The notes under the pieces were generated by a model. That model had not been told where the DNA came from and did no database searches. It saw nothing but the letters and a program-made list of their open reading frames with translations. Shown one piece after another: positions 39,214 through 51,354 of a stretch of DNA of 63,323 nucleotides. The position numbers were made by a program, and so were the translations under genes. Location: NCBI RefSeq assembly GCF_001194135.2, contig NC_068985.1, positions 97,964,824-98,028,146 on the forward strand, written 5' to 3'. Source of the stretch: Octopus bimaculoides (Eukaryota). Numbering within the stretch: position 1 is the first letter of the stretch; every line of letters starts with the position of its first letter.

Positions 39214-39280
39214 ACGCATGCGCCGACTTGATAATCAAATATAAAGGACCAGAAAAAGGAATGGCGGCAGGCGGAAATCG
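39214..39280 (+). promoter_or_regulatory. Possible core promoter (NRF1-like, TATA-like and YY1-like motifs)
   Basis: CGCATGCGC 39215-39223, ATATAAAG 39239-39246, ATGGCGGC 39261-39268 in an otherwise AT-rich region; motif evidence only. Confidence 0.2.
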
Positions 39281-39854
39281 TTGAATAAAAGGGAAGTATT
39301 TCTTTTCTACACAACAATAAAATCAGCGATTCCCTTAACTTCCGATAGATTCAAGTGAGACGACTTTACTTTTGTTATTACAATAACTGTTACAATTGCT
39401 ATTGCTGCTACTACGGCTATCATTGTTGTTAGTGGTATTGGTTCTCAGGATTGGAAAGCAATATTGTAATAATATGTAGCGTTGTCATGGTAGTCATTCT
39501 GGTTGGTTTCTATATTGCCAGTGGATGGCATAGTCTGTACAGAAAAGTGAAGCAATAATTATAAGAGATTGGGAATGAACTGAAACAGAAGCTCTTTTCT
39601 CATAAACCACAAACAGAATAATAAATTTTTACAATAGCCATCTTTGTGTCATACTCAATGTAGATACACTACTGAAGGGCAAATAACTGCGGTATTCGTC
39701 CGGAGAAACTATCACACAAAAATACAACAGCAGCAGACGAAATTGGTCTAGTAACGGTGGTGAAAATGCTAGATGTTCATTTCTGTTGATTAATACCTTG
39801 ATTAAATGCCTTTTAGCAATGCACCTGCACTAGGTATGATATGCAGATAATAAT

Positions 39855-40245
39855 GATTTCAAAATTTCCGGCACAAAGCCAGTAATTTCGGGGTAGTGGT
39901 TAAGTCGATTTCATCGACCCCCAGCACTCAACTGGTACATATTTTATCGACGGCGAAAGGATGAAAGACGACTTCAGCCTCGACGGAATTTCAACTCAAA
40001 GAAAGTAATTAGAAGTGGACGAAATGCTGCTAAGCATTTTTGCTCCGTGAGCTCACGATTCTCACCCAAATAATACTGATTTCAAATTTTTGCACAAAGC
40101 CAGCAATTTCAGGGTTGGGAGTAAGTACATTACATCGAGCCCGGCACTGGGTGGAATTTCAACTCAAAACGTAAAAGTGGACAAAATGAAATGCCGCTAA
40201 GCACTTTGTTCGGCGCACTAACGATTCTGTCAGCTCGCTACCTTC
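39855..40245 (-). mobile_element. SINE family B, two diverged partial copies
   Basis: ttttatcgac...ggatgaaag...ggaatttcaactcaaa...gctaagcattt. Confidence 0.7.
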
Positions 40246-41759
40246 TTTCACACAAATAATAAGAATGATAAGTTATCAGGTGCCATTTTAAAATTTGCAG
40301 CTGTTCTAGATTCTACTCAACAGTCAATTGTTATAAAATGCAATAAATAATAAAGATGTTGACACTTAAATTGATTCAGGAAGTACAGAATATTGTATTC
40401 ACACATCTTTTGCTATTAAATGAAGTTGGCTATTAAATCTACTTCTATAGTTATTACGGCTTCTTCGACATACAAGAAAGTAATTAGAGGTTTACTGTGT
40501 AATATTATTCTCAAGACAAGATGTATTAGAATATCAAACTTTCAATGGTAGGCGATCTTTGAATAAGTCTGATTTAAATTTTAGATATTAAATATAATGG
40601 TATTTCAGATGCAGTCTCAATCTGTGGCTTAACATCTATGTTTATAAACTCGATTCAAATATTTTAAGCTTTGATATTCTGAAAAAGATAAACACTGTAA
40701 AGATGCGTAGCGCCCTCTGGATGGCCGTTAATACAAAGGGAGGTAACTATATTTTCACAATGTGATGCAAGACTAGAAATTTTAATTTGAAATCGTGGTA
40801 TATGAAAAATTTACGTGTTCACATACAATACATATATTTAGTTTACGTTCTTTATTCATTATCTATGGTGAAGTTCTTACAATTGCTAGTTAGTGGTAGT
40901 CATATATACTACTATTTCATCCCTTTTAAGAATCTCCAGCCTGTAAATTTGTTGATTTGATATCTTACGAAGAAAGACATTTCATTAAAATTAAAGATCA
41001 AATTGATTATAGACGAAAGGAAGTTCATGGAACAAACAATTTAGATTTTTGGCGATCGCTCGTATGGAATTCTCTCGAAACACTGACATAGGTTTTAGTT
41101 GGAATAAATTCTAATAAATAAATAATGGTGATAAATTATTCACAAGCTAACTTGTTCTTTCGGTTGCATATTCTTTATCATTAATTTTTACTTTGGTAAA
41201 TACAATCTCAAAATATAGTCACATTTTTTTTATTTCTTTAAAGCAGATTGAATTTAAAATAAGCTTATATCAAACCGTCTGTATATCGATGATTGACCTT
41301 TTAAGACCTTTTAAGAAATTATCCCATTTTTGAAAATGCTATTTGGGTGGAAGAACGCTGTAGTTGTTTTGCAAAGAATAATTGATAACCCAGATACTGT
41401 TAATCATTTAAATATGCTAATAAATAAATAAAAATGAAATATATAGTAATACTTTTCCAATACACTGTGCAGGCATGTGATTTAGTGGTTAGGATGTTGT
41501 GCTCACGATCATAACGTTATAGGTTCAGTTCTTGGGCCGGGCATCTCATTTCACATTACTCAAGACTAATTAATTGAAAATGAATATCAAAGCCAACCGA
41601 GTGCAAGCACAGGCATCTCTCCTAGCTGTCACATCTTCGATGTTCCGGTGAGTCAAAGATAAAAGGATTGAGAGAGTATCTATGTCTGCTCGCGACTACA
41701 TAGAAATCTCATGCAATTAGTGACAGTATGCAATTAGTGACAGTATGCAATTAGTGATA

Positions 41760-42120
41760 GCTTGTATGTCTTACGGAGAATATTGAGGATAGCATGGAAA
41801 GATAAAGTGTCAAACGAAGAAGTAATGATCCACTCAGGCTGTGGTACGTAGGAAACTGCTTTTTGTGATAAGGGCCAGGTACCTGAGATTTCTTGGTGAT
41901 GTGATGAGGAAAGTGAGTTTGCAGAATTTAGCGACGACTGGAAAGACTGAAGGAAAAAAAGCAGAGGAAACAGAAGGATGATATGAGTGTCAAGCTTGAT
42001 GAACCAGTTGGAAGAAAGAGGCATTAAACAAAAAGAAATGGAACTGTTACAGAAAACAAAGAACTGAGACATGTGACAGCACTCTATGTTCCACATTCTG
42101 GATATGTCACCTAAAAGGAA
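41760..42120 (+). mobile_element. RTE (BovB-like) LINE 3' tail
   Basis: LRRILRIAWKDKVSNEEVM... GK.EGKKSRG.RRM..VSSL-like C-terminus with frameshifts. Confidence 0.75.
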
Positions 42121-42515
42121 AAAAAAATGGTACAAGCTATCAACTTAAAACATGTGATAGCTATGGTTTTGTAACAGTTTACAGACAAACGCGCATGCGC
42201 ATAAATAATCTTTCGTTTTATGATCACAAACTAAAAGTGAAAAATTTTGTTCTATTCGAGTATATCTTACACCATTCAGTTCTAAGCTACACTTTGCACA
42301 AACATCATAAATAACAAATGAAACAGTGTGTAACAGATTTTCTTCCCTTGTGCATGAAACATCAGACGCTCTGTTTTCAATTTATCTACAAGAACGTTGT
42401 TGGCGCAGAAACCCACGAAAACGACGACGCGTTCATGCAGTTTTTGAATCATGTTAGACATTAAAACACCACAGTTTTGGCAGACCATCCCACTATATAA
42501 TTCCACCTCATAATA

Positions 42516-42822
42516 GGAGCACTCCGGCGGTTACGACGACGAGGGTTCCAGTTGATACGATCAACGGAACAGCCTGCTCATGAAATTAACGTGATAGTGA
42601 CAGAGAAATCCACAGACGTAGCTCTCAGGGAGACTCAGCGTGACAGAGCGTGACAAGGCCGGCCCTTTGAAATACAGGTACTACTCATTTTTGCCAGCTG
42701 AGTGGACTGGAGCAACGTGAAATAAAGTGTCTTGCTCAAGGACACAACGCGTCGCCCGGAATCGAACTCACGACCTTACAATCGCGAGCCGAATGCCATA
42801 ACCACTAAACCACGCGTCTTCA
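42516..42822 (-). mobile_element. SINE family C with 12-bp TSD
   Basis: TSD CACCTCATAATA at 42504-42515 and 42823-42834. Confidence 0.88.
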
Positions 42823-42834
42823 CACCTCATAATA

Positions 42835-43202
42835 TATTTTTGGGGACAAGACAATATAGCCTCACTCAAGTCCAGATCAATCTTATGGACTTTGCTATCT
42901 GGTCCATATGTGTCTCTGCTCGCACCTTTTCAAATATGTCAGATCTGAAAAAATCCCGCCTGTCTTCATGGATTAAGTTGGATGAAGAGGAGGTACGACG
43001 CTCATGCAACTCAGTGACCACCCGTTTGCAGCCTGCAAACGAGTGGTCACCGTATTGATCATTTTGAAAGGTGGTCATTTTGAAATATAATTACTAATTA
43101 CTGCAATGAATTGACAATATGCCAAATTTCATTATCTTACCTTAAGTTTATGTTGATTAATTAAGAAATATCACAGGACAAATATTTCTAGGACACCCTG
43201 TA
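42835..43202 (+). mobile_element. Tc1/mariner (maT/DD37D-like) transposase C-terminus and right TIR
   Basis: FW.DKTI*PHSSPD.NLMDFAIWSI...LKKSRLSSWIKLDEEEVRRSCNSVTTRL; ends ...GGACACCCTG|TA (rc TACAGGGTGTCC). Confidence 0.8.
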
Positions 43203-43344
43203 TATACGTATGTGTGTGTGTGTGTGTGTGTGTTAGGAGTTTGAAAATTATTCCAGCATTGCAAATGTTGGAATATTCGAATTTCCCGGGTTTTCGAGCA
43301 GTATTTTTAAATTCAAATCTAAAGAGAAACAAAGAAATGATGTA

Positions 43345-43439
43345 GTAAGTAGCTTGCTTACCAGCCACATGGTTCCGGGTTCAGTCCCACTTGTGAGTGG
43401 ATTTGGTAGACGGAAACTGAAAGAAGCCCGTCGTATATA

Positions 43440-43478
<39 letters not shown>

Positions 43479-44243
43479 NNNNNNNNNNNNNNNNNNNNNN
43501 NNNNNNNNNNNNNNNNNNNNNNNNNNNNNNNNNNNNNNNNNNNNNNNNNNNNNNNNNNNNNNNNNNNNNNNNNNNNNNNNNNNNNNNNNNNNNNNNNNNN
43601 NNNNNNNNNNNNNNNNNNNNNNNNNNNNNNNNNNNNNNNNNNNNNNNNNNNNNNNNNNNNNNNNNNNNNNNNNNNNNNNNNNNNNNNNNNNNNNNNNNNN
43701 NNNNNNNNNNNNNNNNNNNNNNNNNNNNNNNNNNNNNNNNNNNNNNNNNNNNNNNNNNNNNNNNNNNNNNNNNNNNNNNNNNNNNNNNNNNNNNNNNNNN
43801 NNNNNNNNNNNNNNNNNNNNNNNNNNNNNNNNNNNNNNNNNNNNNNGTTTCAGTCATTTGACTGCGGCCATGTTGAAACACCACCTTTAGTCGAGCAAAT
43901 CGACCCCAGGACTTATTCTTTGGAAGTCTAGTACTTATTCTTTCGGTCTCTTTTGCCAAACCGCTAGGTAACGGGGACGTAAACACACCACCATCGGTTG
44001 TCAAGCGATGTTGGGGAGGGACAAAAACACACAGACACACACAAACATATACACACACATACATATACATACATATATACGACGGGCTTCTTTCAGTTTC
44101 CGTCTACCAAATCCACTCACAAGGCTTTGGTCGTCCAGAGGCTATAGTAGTGTCTTCTACTAGAAGACACTTCCCCAAAGTGGGAATGAACCAGGAACCA
44201 TGTGGTTGGTAATCAAGCTACTTACCACACAGTCACTCCTGTG
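43345..44243. mobile_element. Two SINE A copies in opposite orientation around a gap (43345-43478 +; 43848-44243 -)
   Basis: Family A head/core on +; family A tail, core and head on -. Confidence 0.85.
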
Positions 44244-44304
44244 CCTTTTTTCCCCCTCATTTTTGGGGGTAAGTAGAGGGCGGCGTTATTCATACTTACA
44301 TGCA

Positions 44305-44675
44305 TCGTGGCACTCCGTCGGTTACGACGACGAGGGTTCCAGTTGAACCGATCAACGGAACAGCCTGCTCGTGAAATTAACGTGCAAGTGGCTGAGCACT
44401 CCACAGACACGTGTACCCTTAACGTAGTTCTCGGGGATATTCAGCGTGACACAGTGTGTGACGAGGCTGGCCCTTTGAAATACTGGTACAACAGAAACAG
44501 TGACAGAAATTTGTTGTGAAAAAATACAGCAGGGTTCGCCATCACCCCCTACCGGAGCCTTGTGGAGCTTTTGATGTTTTCGCTCAATAAACACTCCAAC
44601 GCCGGTCTGGGAATCGAAACCGTGATCCTATGACAGCGAGTCTGCGGCCTTAACCACTAGGCTATTGCACCTCCT
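44305..44675 (-). mobile_element. SINE family C
   Basis: Highly similar to 38394-38788. Confidence 0.9.
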
Positions 44676-44789
44676 CACACACATACATACATACATATAC
44701 TTATTACTTACAGTATATATGCATATATACACATTGATTAATATACGTGTGTACGTACGTATGCATATGTCCATACACTTATACATACA

Positions 44790-45185
44790 GGTGCAGGAGT
44801 GGCTGTGTGGTAAGTAGTTTGCTTACCAACCACATAGTTCCGGGTTCAGTCTCAACTGCGTGGCACCTTGGGCAAGTGTCTTCTACTATAGCCTAGCCTT
44901 GTGAGTGGATTAGGTAGACGGAAACTGAAAGAAGCCCGTCGTATATATGTACATATATATGTGTGTGTGCGTTTGTGTGTCTGTGTTTGTCCCCCTAGCT
45001 TTGCTTGACAACCGATGCTGGTCTGTTTATGTCCCCGTAACTTAGCGGTTCGGCAAAAAGAGTCCGATAGAATAAGTACTAGGCTTACAAAGAATAAGTC
45101 CCGCGGTCGATTTGCTCGACTAAAGGCGGTGCTCCAGCATGGCCGCAGTCAAATGACTGAAACAAGTAAAAGAGTAAAGAGAGTA
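44790..45185 (+). mobile_element. SINE family A, full length
   Basis: ggtgcaggagtggctgtgtggtaag...catggccgcagtcaaatgactgaaacaagtaaaag. Confidence 0.92.
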
Positions 45186-47221
45186 ATGAGATACGTGTGT
45201 GTGTGTTTGTGATCGAAATATTCTGTGATTTTTTAGATGACAGCTTTAAAGATAATTTTCCCCGCAGTGCAAAATGTACACACACACACACACATTTTCT
45301 TATCAGTCCCCTTTACAGTCCTCCTCAATATCCATCTCAGAAACTATTCCCATATTTTACTGTACACCTCATATACCAACTCCTTTGTTTGCTACCATTT
45401 ACACCCCTCTCTCATAGTCGCATCCTTCCCATTTCCTGTTCCCGACCCCCTGCTCAATCATTCGCTCCTCTCTCCTTGCTTTTCCCCTTGTCAATTCTCT
45501 CTAACTTTCTCTCTTTCTCTCATATATATATATATATATATANNNNNNNNNNNNNNNNNNNNNNNNNNNNNNNNNNNNNNNNNNNNNNNNNNNNNNNNNN
45601 NNNNNNNNNNNNNNNNNNNNNNNNNNNNNNNNNNNNNNNNNNNNNNNNNNNNNNNNNNNNNNNNNNNNNNNNNNNNNNNNNNNNNNNNNNNNNNNNNNNN
45701 NNNNNNNNNNNNNNNNNNNNNNNNNNNNNNNNNNNNNNNNNCATCTCTATTCTCTCTTGATATTTTCTTTATCTCTTCCCTTTTCGCACTTTCTCTTTCG
45801 ACTTTTCCCCTCTACAAATATATTCTCTTCACATCCTTATTTTTGTCATCTACTCTTCGTTATCCCGATTTCGTCTCACGTACAAACACTAATCTTTCTC
45901 CCTAATTCTCTCTTTTATGCCCAGGCAGCTTCCTTCCCTTAAAAATCCACCCACTTTCTCCCGCTCATCTTCTTTTTTTCTTCTTTTACTTTCTCTCTTT
46001 CTCGCCCTTGTAGTTCTTTGTTTCCTTTCTCCTCTTCCTTCGCCTCCCTTTCCTCTTGCTCCTCCTCCACCTCAATCAATGTTGCTGTGGTGGACCTACA
46101 TCTCTCTCTCACTCACTCAATCTCTCTCTCTCTCTCTATTCTTGTAGCCTTTACGTATCATAGACAGTAGCAGTAATGAAAATACAGATTACCCACTGCA
46201 TCAACCGAACTACTGTTTAGCAGTCGTGGAAAAACGATTGGCAATTACCCCCACCCCCACCCCCATCCTGTATCACCACCATCATTATCTAAATTACACG
46301 CACTGCCTATATATACATACATACATATACATATATATGTATATGTACATCCGTACATATTAGCTACATATTTACAAGCCCTTCCAGTTTGACGCTCCTT
46401 CTCAATATGTAAATACACATGCACGCACGCGCACACACTCATTCACATATGTATTAAGTCCATCAAACCTTCGCCTCATTCACAACATTCAAAGAGAGGA
46501 GGTGAAGTGAGGAAATTGTACCCTGTGATCTGCTTACAATATACATCTAGACACATGTGTTGCTTTTAAGAGAAAAGCTCAGTGGTTCTTTATTACCAAC
46601 ACTTAATCATGTTGAATTCGGTAATAGGACAATACGAAAAACTGTGGTTGGCAGATTTTTTCCACCGATTCCCTCATGTCAACTTTACCTGGCCATGGGC
46701 TGATTCTCATTTTAGTTCAGTCAACATTCCCTATTTCCACGTAAGTATTTAATTGTCTTATTTAAAGATAGTCACACACACACACTCACATCATAATATT
46801 ATGCGTGTGTGATTTCTCGGCTCTTTGTGACCTTACCGTTTGATTAAATGACAGTGTTATATTTTGGTAAACACATGTTATTAATACACACTTAGATAGA
46901 ACTACACAAAAGAAAGATTTCAATCGCAAATATAAACATTTTAATCACACGCACACACACACATATGTGAAACATACATACGCGCGGTGTGTGTCTATAT
47001 CACTATAATAATTAAAATCTATCGAACATTTTTCTCGTGATTTTAAAATATTGGGTGTTGGCTCTGTGAAAGGCTTAAATTTTGACCTTTTCTTCCTCAA
47101 AAATATAACCAATAATAAATGGAAATTCGGCTCATCCCCTTCCCAGCTTCCTTGTTTAGACTAGACCCCTTTGTTTCTTACCACTCTAGTCTGAATTCCT
47201 TGTTTGTATATGTATATATAT

Positions 47222-47255
<34 letters not shown>

Positions 47256-47818
47256 TCTCTACCGTTCTATATCCACTATGACCGTTGAAAATTGTCAGTC
47301 AGTGTACAAACGATATGTTCATTGGTTTTATCATTGAGGACTACTACTATCACTAACCAACCTTCTTTTATTGCTCGTGTTTGTTTTTGTTTCACTATCT
47401 TCAGATATTATCTTTTAATAATTCTGTCATTTATTTATTTATTTTTACTGAAGCTTTTTTTTACCCCCCCCCCCCCCCCACAGATGTATAAAATACAAAA
47501 CAAAAAGAGATCTTTAACCGTATGCTAACAAGATAAAATAAAATGAACATTCAGCGTACATTTCATACTAATTAACAAAAGAATTTTGATTACCACCGAA
47601 TCATAACTGACGTATGGGTTTATCTAAACCACACACACACACACATATATATGTACATATATGTGTGTGTACCTACATGGCAATATAACAAATTTATACT
47701 TTTATACAATTTGTTATATATATACAGTCGTATGCGTTTATATCGTCCATATATCTATCATATATTTTCAGTATATCCACCTGCCACATTCGTTTATATA
47801 TATATGTATATATATATG

Positions 47819-47857
<39 letters not shown>

Positions 47858-48589
47858 CTTCCCATAGGCATTTAAATGTCGCCCTTATGGCAGTAAACGA
47901 AAATTTTATTATTGATTTATTTACAATAATATATACAAATAATCTTCAATATTTTCATTGTGAATTTATTTACAAATCTATCTCGTTTTTCATTTGTTTT
48001 TATTATTTTGAAACTGATTTCTTGTTTTACTTTTAATTTGATTTTTCAATAGTTGAATCATTTATTATTAATATTGTTTTTAGTTATCCGTCACCTTTGA
48101 GGTAATAAGAAGAGATCATTTTTATTTCCCGCCGAGATCTATCTTGTCTTCAGTCCTTCCGGAACCAATAAAATAGAACACGAGTCAAGTACGGGGCCCC
48201 AATTTGTCTATTTAATCACCACTCCCTTCCACAACCCCACAAATTCGAGGGCTCTGTACCAGTTGCAGGAAATAATTTTATCAACAAACTACTAAAAAAC
48301 GTGTAAACGTTGGTCTGGCTACCCGTGTTTGATGGTTGCTTCTGTACCCCTTGTTGTTACCCAGCTATCTACCCCTTTACCATTACCTCTACTGTTTGAC
48401 ATTCTCTTTCCTGAAGACTCGAATACACAGATCTTATGACTCCACAGAGCCTTCAACAAGAAACACAATCTCAAGCTGCTTTTTCTTTTTTAAGAAAAGA
48501 AGAAAATATAGATTCTTTAAAATTCAATAGCCATTCGTATTTTCTTAGGTCGTGTGTGTGTGTGTGTGTGTGCTTACAACCAGGTTCGA

Positions 48590-48810
48590 TCTACTAGAAA
48601 TAGTAAACAAATTTCCCTCAAATTACATCATTTTAAAAATAGGACACATTGGATAGTTTTAAGCACACTAAACCCAAAGACAATGATCATAGGCAAACTA
48701 TCCATGACCATCCAGTTTTTTAAGTGTATCTTGGTCTACATCATCCAATGTTTCCTATTTAAGATGGTTCATACGTAGTTTAAAGGTGATTTAGCTGCTA
48801 TTTCCAGCAG
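48590..48810. mobile_element. Foldback/MITE-like element with long imperfect TIRs (family also seen as fragments near 8830, 18340, 30760, 36820, 53150, 53680, 60000)
   Basis: ctactagaaatagtaaacaaatttccc...cacattggatag versus catccaatgtttcc...gatttagctgctatttccagcag. Confidence 0.55.
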
Positions 48811-49601
48811 ATGGAATCTGGTTGTGGTATGCATATATGTGTGTGTATGCATGTATTTATATATGCGTGTGTGCATGTATGTGTGTGTATGCATGTATGC
48901 GTGTGTGTGCATGTATATGTGTGTGTGTGTGTGCATTGTATGCGTGTATGTATGCATGTGTGTGTATGCATGTATGTATATGTGTGTATGCATGTATGTA
49001 TATATATGTGTGTGTATGTGTGNNNNNNNNNNTGTGTGTATGCATGTATGTATATATATGTGTGTGTATGTGTGTGTGCATGTATGCGTGTGTATGCATG
49101 CATGTATGCGTCCATGTATGTATATATGTGTGTATGCATGTATGCGTGTATGTGTGTGTGTACCTGCGTGTATGCATGTGTGTGTGTGTGTTTGTGTGTG
49201 TGTATGCATGTATGTATATGTGTATATTTACGAGATGTGTATATACTCACATGCCTGTTCAGTTTACATTAGAGTATTAAATTGTTTTGAAATAGAAAAA
49301 TGAATAAAATTAAACCAGTGCTGGACGATCTCACCATCACACCAGCAGTTGATCCTTGGTTCAGTCTCACCAAACTGCCCGTTCATAAGGGGTATACTAC
49401 ATTTGTATAGTGTGCAGAATTTCAAACAAGAAACCATATTGACCCTAATTGATAAGCTATTGTATGTGTGTGTGTGTGTGTATAATGCCTTAACCTATAT
49501 AGCATGAATGTACAAATATATATAACATATGCATGGAATGTTTCCTAAGAAATACATGAATTCCTTTTATTGTGTTTGTATATGTATGTGTGTATCTGTG
49601 C

Positions 49602-49633
<32 letters not shown>

Positions 49634-49773
49634 GTATGTATACATGTCTTGTGTACGCATATTACACATTCAGTTTTAAATATACACACACTATTTTATA
49701 TAGTTAGGTGTGTGAATATGCACATATATAATTTTAATATAAACATGTTATGTACATGTATAATGAATGTGTG

Positions 49774-49811
<38 letters not shown>

Positions 49812-50088
49812 TGAAGTCTTCATTGTGAATGTTGATGGAGATCCTTCTAATATCGATTTTATATTTGGATCTCGTGCACTGAACAGGACATTCCACGGCA
49901 CCTATCACTTCCTGGATTGTCAAATGGTAGAACGGAAAAGGAATATTAATTAAAAAGAAAAAAAGAACCACAAAAAAATATTTTCCTTTTTTTTTTTCTA
50001 TATATTTTATAACTGATATATCGCGAATTCCTCGACACACTCATACCAAATGGTTGAGTAATTCTGTTGCACTTTCATACCCCCCCCC

Positions 50089-50400
50089 CTACACACACTC
50101 CTGCATAGCAGTCCCTGATTTCTTCAGAGAATCGTTCCTGCTACACTTGTTGGTAATAAATAGTACTGTTGCAGTGGCTGATGTTGCAATAGTTGAGCCT
50201 GCTGCAACTGGAAGGCACTGTTGTAGTTCTTCTTTCATACTGGGTGGCGGAGGGAATGTTTCTTTGTTAGAAAATGTTAATGCATTGTTTAGCCATAACT
50301 CCTCCTTGCCGCCGACATCTAACTTAAATTTATTCACGAGCCAACTAGGAAGTGAGCCTTTGTGGTCGCTCGACCTATTAGAAACAGCAGTCAGAGCTAA
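50089..50400 (-). CDS. Candidate terminal coding exon (103 aa), unrecognised protein
   Basis: Acceptor ...ttttctattg...gattttag|; LALTAVSNRSSDHKGSLPSWLVNKFKLDVGGKEELWLNNALTFSNKETFPPPPSMKEELQQCLPVAAGSTIATSATATVLFITNKCSRNDSLKKSGTAMQECV*; A/T-ending codon bias; TGTAAATAAA signals downstream at 47916-47974. Confidence 0.35.
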   Translation of the reverse strand, partial: LALTAVSNRSSDHKGSLPSWLVNKFKLDVGGKEELWLNNALTFSNKETFPPPPSMKEELQQCLPVAAGSTIATSATATVLFITNKCSRNDSLKKSGTAMQECV

Positions 50401-51049
50401 CTAAAATCATGCATACCGGCATACAATAGAAAAGACAGTGATTCACACCTATTTTCATTTTGCAATACAGTCTTTACATACACAAAAATATGACATGGTC
50501 ACGTCTGGAACGCATTTGATCATAGATCTGTCCTATCAAGTATGACCTATGGTTAAACAACACCATAAATTTATTCAGTTATCTGATGCCTAAAATCGGT
50601 GGATTGTCGCATCTTTATGTCCGTTCATCCAATAGCAACAGTTTAGGATTTCAATAAATCTGGTGTTGCCAAGTCCTCCGTAATATGGGTTTTTCTTTGA
50701 TTGCAGCCATTTGTAAATCTTCATCTTGCGGGCTACTTTCTCTCTCCTTAATAAAATCTCCAACCATGATTGTGAGTGCAGCCTATAACAATGCCACATT
50801 ACCGATTCTTGCTGCTGGGGGAGACTCTGTTTCTAACCCAAATTATTGTTTTGTATTTTTAAACTTGACTTAACGGGCTTCTTTTGGAGGGAGAAGGGTT
50901 TAATCGTGTATAGTAATAAAAATATATCTGTCACTTAGCTTACATCTGTTTTATTGTTTCATCATCGACTCTGCGTAAACCACCATTTTTATAGCTTCTT
51001 GTAATGTACCCATCATTTGTCACCCTTTTGACATATTTTTTATTAGTTC

Positions 51050-51146
51050 TAGTTCTGCTAAGGTACAACCTTAGCCGTTCATCTTTTCGAGATCCATAAA
51101 ATACCAGTCAAGTACCGAGGTTGATTTGATCGGATCTTCCACCTCC
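51050..51146 (+). mobile_element. SINE family B fragment
   Basis: ttctgctaaggtacaacctt...catcttttcgag...accagtcaagtaccgaggttgatt. Confidence 0.55.
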
Positions 51147-51175
51147 TAATAAAGCACTCTTTATGCAACTGGAAT

Positions 51176-51354
51176 CAGGCCCGTCGCCACACTCTGGTGC
51201 CTGGGGGTGCTGCAGAATATTCTGGGTTGGCACTAATTTGTAATAATGTTTAAGTGGAGTTTCGAAAATAAGTGTACCACTGTAAATCTGAGGGTACATC
51301 GTTGAACAGTGAGGAGGCAGTACCGTGCTGTGCACCCCTTTAGCGACGGGCATG
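51176..51354. mobile_element. hAT-type MITE (179 bp) with 8-bp TSD
   Basis: TIRs CAGGCCCGTCGCCA / rc CATGCCCGTCGCTA; TSD ACTGGAAT (51168-51175) and ATTGGAAT (51355-51362); GGGGGTGC/GCACCCC motifs. Confidence 0.75.

Noticed and set aside
41711-41761. Three 17-bp direct repeats (also short duplications at 16846-16882 and 28753-28830)
   Set aside because: Head-to-tail slippage duplications without spacers; not CRISPR-like and no functional evidence.
50054-50404. 116-aa plus-strand ORF
   Set aside because: It shares third codon positions with the minus-strand exon, has a TTG start and no splice support; most likely a shadow frame.
50600-50660. NPKLLLLDERT (ABC Walker-B-like) on the minus strand
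   Set aside because: Bracketed by stops, with no LSGGQ signature or Walker A nearby.
51108-51353. 81-aa ORF MPVAKGVHST...
   Set aside because: It starts in the TIR of the hAT MITE and ends in a SINE B fragment.
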